Assembly (NCBI GenBank): GCA_050175015.1 | Contig: JBFXJJ010000006.1 | Coordinates: forward strand, 1 to 64,000 | DNA length: 64,000 nt | Direction: 5' to 3' | DNA from: Alphaproteobacteria bacterium | Lineage (GTDB): Bacteria > Pseudomonadota > Alphaproteobacteria > JBFXJJ01 | In this document: in pieces, positions 61,741-64,000 of the stretch | Numbering within the stretch: position 1 is the first letter of the stretch | Layout: the number at the start of each line of letters is the position of its first letter | Made by a program: the position numbers and the translations under genes | Notes under the pieces: generated by a model | Told to the model about the DNA's origin: nothing | What the model saw: only the letters and a program-made list of their open reading frames with translations | Databases searched by the model: none

Positions 61741-62601
61741 TTATTCAAGTCCAGCTTTAACAGCAGGATTGGTACAGCCATTATCAAAGCATTCTTGGAT
61801 TTTAGATGTAATACTGCCTTTCATTGAATCAGCATAGCCAAAGATAGGGCTGTTATCGCCAATGAAAAAGGCTGGAACACCTCTTGGATCAACACCATAA
61901 GCTGTTGCAAGTTTGCCAAACATTTTGATGCCTTCTTGGTCTTTCCAAGTTTCATAAGCACGAACATCTAAATCTGGGTATTGCTTTTTTAATTCCTCTA
62001 AGAAAGGTTTTGCTTGAGCGCAGTGAGGACAACCATCACCCCAGAAAAAGTACATAACAATTTTTTCTTTTGTGAAAAGTTTTTTCACATAAGATTTTGC
62101 ACTATCAAAAAAAGATCCCTCTTTCTTATCTTCATCTTTTACAGCTTTATAATCATCAGATACTTTAGAAGCATATGAAGAGCCATCACTTTCAAACCCT
62201 TTTGATGCAACTTTATCTAAAGGATTAACACAACCGTCTTTAATGCAAGTTTCAACTTTTTCAATAAAAGCAGGCTGCATTTTTTCGTTATAGCCAAATC
62301 CTGGAATAGAATCACCAATAAAGAATGCAGGAACACCTCTTGCTTCTGCATTATATGCTTTTGCTACCTCTTGGAATAACTGAGCGTTCTGTCTATTCTT
62401 CCAAGTTTCAAAATAATGAACTTTAAGTTCTGGATATTTCTCTTCAAGCTCTTTTACAAAAGGTTTGGCTTCAGCACAATGAGGACAGCCATCACCCCAG
62501 AAAAATAGCAGGTGAGTTTCGTGTTTTTCTTGAGCATAAGAATTAGAAGCAAAGACAATAGAAACCATTGCCAATACTACGCTTGCTAAGATTTTTTTCA
62601 T
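61741..62601 (-). CDS. Exported tandem CPHC redoxin protein
   Basis: FFWGDGCPHC x2; signal peptide. Confidence 0.8.
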   Translation of the reverse strand: MKKILASVVLAMVSIVFASNSYAQEKHETHLLFFWGDGCPHCAEAKPFVKELEEKYPELKVHYFETWKNRQNAQLFQEVAKAYNAEARGVPAFFIGDSIPGFGYNEKMQPAFIEKVETCIKDGCVNPLDKVASKGFESDGSSYASKVSDDYKAVKDEDKKEGSFFDSAKSYVKKLFTKEKIVMYFFWGDGCPHCAQAKPFLEELKKQYPDLDVRAYETWKDQEGIKMFGKLATAYGVDPRGVPAFFIGDNSPIFGYADSMKGSITSKIQECFDNGCTNPAVKAGLE

Positions 62602-62641
62602 TATATTATCTCTCTAAATATTTGGGTTTAATATCGTTATT

Positions 62642-63430
62642 TTAAAAATCTGATTTTCCTGTCTTTAATATCGGATATTGTTCTTTCAAATCCTTTATTA
62701 TAGCAAGATCTTCAGGCTCAGTGTAAGAGCAACCATTTTTCTTGCCGCCACAACCGCCTTTTTTGCCCAATCCGGCAGCAGGACAAGTTCCACGGACTGC
62801 TGCAACTTCTTGTTTATCAGATGTTTTAGATACATCTTCTTGTCCCTGAATCATTGAAGCCCCTTGCTCAGGAACTACACCTTCTGGTGTAGAGAAAATA
62901 CATATTCCTTCTTTAGTTCTTGTTGCCCCTTTAGGACAAACCTCATCTCCCATAGGAGGTTTTTCTGTAGGATATTCATTATCAATCCATTTTGAGATTC
63001 CATCTTTTAGCCAAAAGACATTGCCTAAACCAATTTCCCAATCCGCTATTTGTTTTAAAGCTTTAGAACTCCTTGCTCCATCATCACAGTAAAAGACAAC
63101 TGAACTATGATTTTTCAGAACAGCTTCAACCATAGCTTGGGTCAGACTATTATTTTTTTCGTCTTCATCGCCAAAAGGCATATTTAAAGCCCCGACAATG
63201 TGTTTTTCACCAAAAAATTCAGGAGATCTATTGTCAACGAAAACGACATTTGCTGTCTTAAATAATTCAAACGCTTTCTCGGTATTAATAATATTGGCAT
63301 CACCAATAATCTTTGCTACACCTTTTACATCTACGGAAGAAGCGAGATTACTTGGTTTATAAAAAACATATGCTGCAACAACAATAACAACGGCTACAGC
63401 AATAGTTATAATAAGCTTTAGATTTTTCAT
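62642..63430 (-). CDS. Membrane-anchored rhodanese-like protein with Cys-containing tail
   Basis: FVDNR, HIVGA, FYCDDGARS, LKDGISKW; probable start MKNLKL. Confidence 0.8.
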   Translation of the reverse strand: MKNLKLIITIAVAVVIVVAAYVFYKPSNLASSVDVKGVAKIIGDANIINTEKAFELFKTANVVFVDNRSPEFFGEKHIVGALNMPFGDEDEKNNSLTQAMVEAVLKNHSSVVFYCDDGARSSKALKQIADWEIGLGNVFWLKDGISKWIDNEYPTEKPPMGDEVCPKGATRTKEGICIFSTPEGVVPEQGASMIQGQEDVSKTSDKQEVAAVRGTCPAAGLGKKGGCGGKKNGCSYTEPEDLAIIKDLKEQYPILKTGKSDF

Positions 63431-63535
63431 GTAACCCTCTCTTGTTTGGCATAATAACCAAACATTAACATTTGTCAACCACGCTATTTATGCTTTATTT
63501 TTTTGCTTTTAATATTTTTTAAACATAACTCAAAA

Positions 63536-64000
63536 TTACTCTCTACGCCATCTTTTTTCTGCATTAATAGACATTCCTTTTCCTTGACCAACTTCCCTGC
63601 CTATCAATTTTATTCTCATTGCCATACAAGACTTACATTCTTCTGCTGTTTCATCAATACAAGCTTTGGCTGGATATATTTCATAAAGCTTACGATACTT
63701 TATTGGCGTTAAATTCGGCATTAAGACATTGGCTCCAGACATTAAACCTCGCTCCCGCCCCTTTGCTTTGTTAAGCGTTGCTATAGCTGTGGTGCTTGGA
63801 ATATTGGTGTATGGGCATAAAATTCTAGTAAGAGCTATAACCTTATATGCCATATATTCTGTATTCGGCACCTGTTCTTCACCATCAAGAAAAGGGATAA
63901 TCCCTTTGCCTAAAGGCGTGTCTTGGTGCGGAATAAAAGGCCCAACCCCTATCATATCTAAATCAAGTTCTTTAAATTTTAAAATATCTTCCGCCAAACT
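63536..64000 (-). CDS. hydE: [FeFe]-hydrogenase maturase HydE-like radical SAM protein (C-terminal part)
   Basis: GVGPFIPHQDTPL, PSTTA, GANVLMPN, YEIYP. Confidence 0.85.
   Translation of the reverse strand, partial: SLAEDILKFKELDLDMIGVGPFIPHQDTPLGKGIIPFLDGEEQVPNTEYMAYKVIALTRILCPYTNIPSTTAIATLNKAKGRERGLMSGANVLMPNLTPIKYRKLYEIYPAKACIDETAEECKSCMAMRIKLIGREVGQGKGMSINAEKRWRRE

Noticed and set aside
1-64000. CRISPR array, rRNA, integrase/invertase or prophage
   Set aside because: No repeat-spacer array, rRNA, recombinase ORF or tRNA 3'-end duplication was seen

Overview
AT-rich chromosomal window from an alphaproteobacterium (MucR, MipZ, FzlA-like and TipN/GPR-like proteins; rpmF-plsX-fabH-ihfA-MerR-tRNA-Pro and rpoZ-spoT-acpS-lepB-rnc-era-recO synteny). 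A HydE-like maturase suggests anaerobic metabolism. Most of the window is housekeeping, with two tRNAs. The standout feature is a pair of homologous ~570-bp putative invertible DNA switches at 1628-2200 and 50707-51274. Each sits in front of a GLUG-repeat surface-protein gene that lacks its start codon and signal peptide. Each switch carries, facing away from its gene, a candidate promoter, an identical RBS block and an 18-codon signal-peptide exon. Inversion would fuse this exon in frame to the gene through a 7-bp-spacer core site that itself encodes Y-P-x-Y. Inside both switches, two pairs of GGGTARC-like boxes alternate with three IHF-like sites at near-identical spacing, resembling lambda attP. 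The 7-bp spacers are locus-specific, no recombinase gene is in the window, and both switches are in the OFF orientation. The inversion itself is inferred from sequence, not observed.
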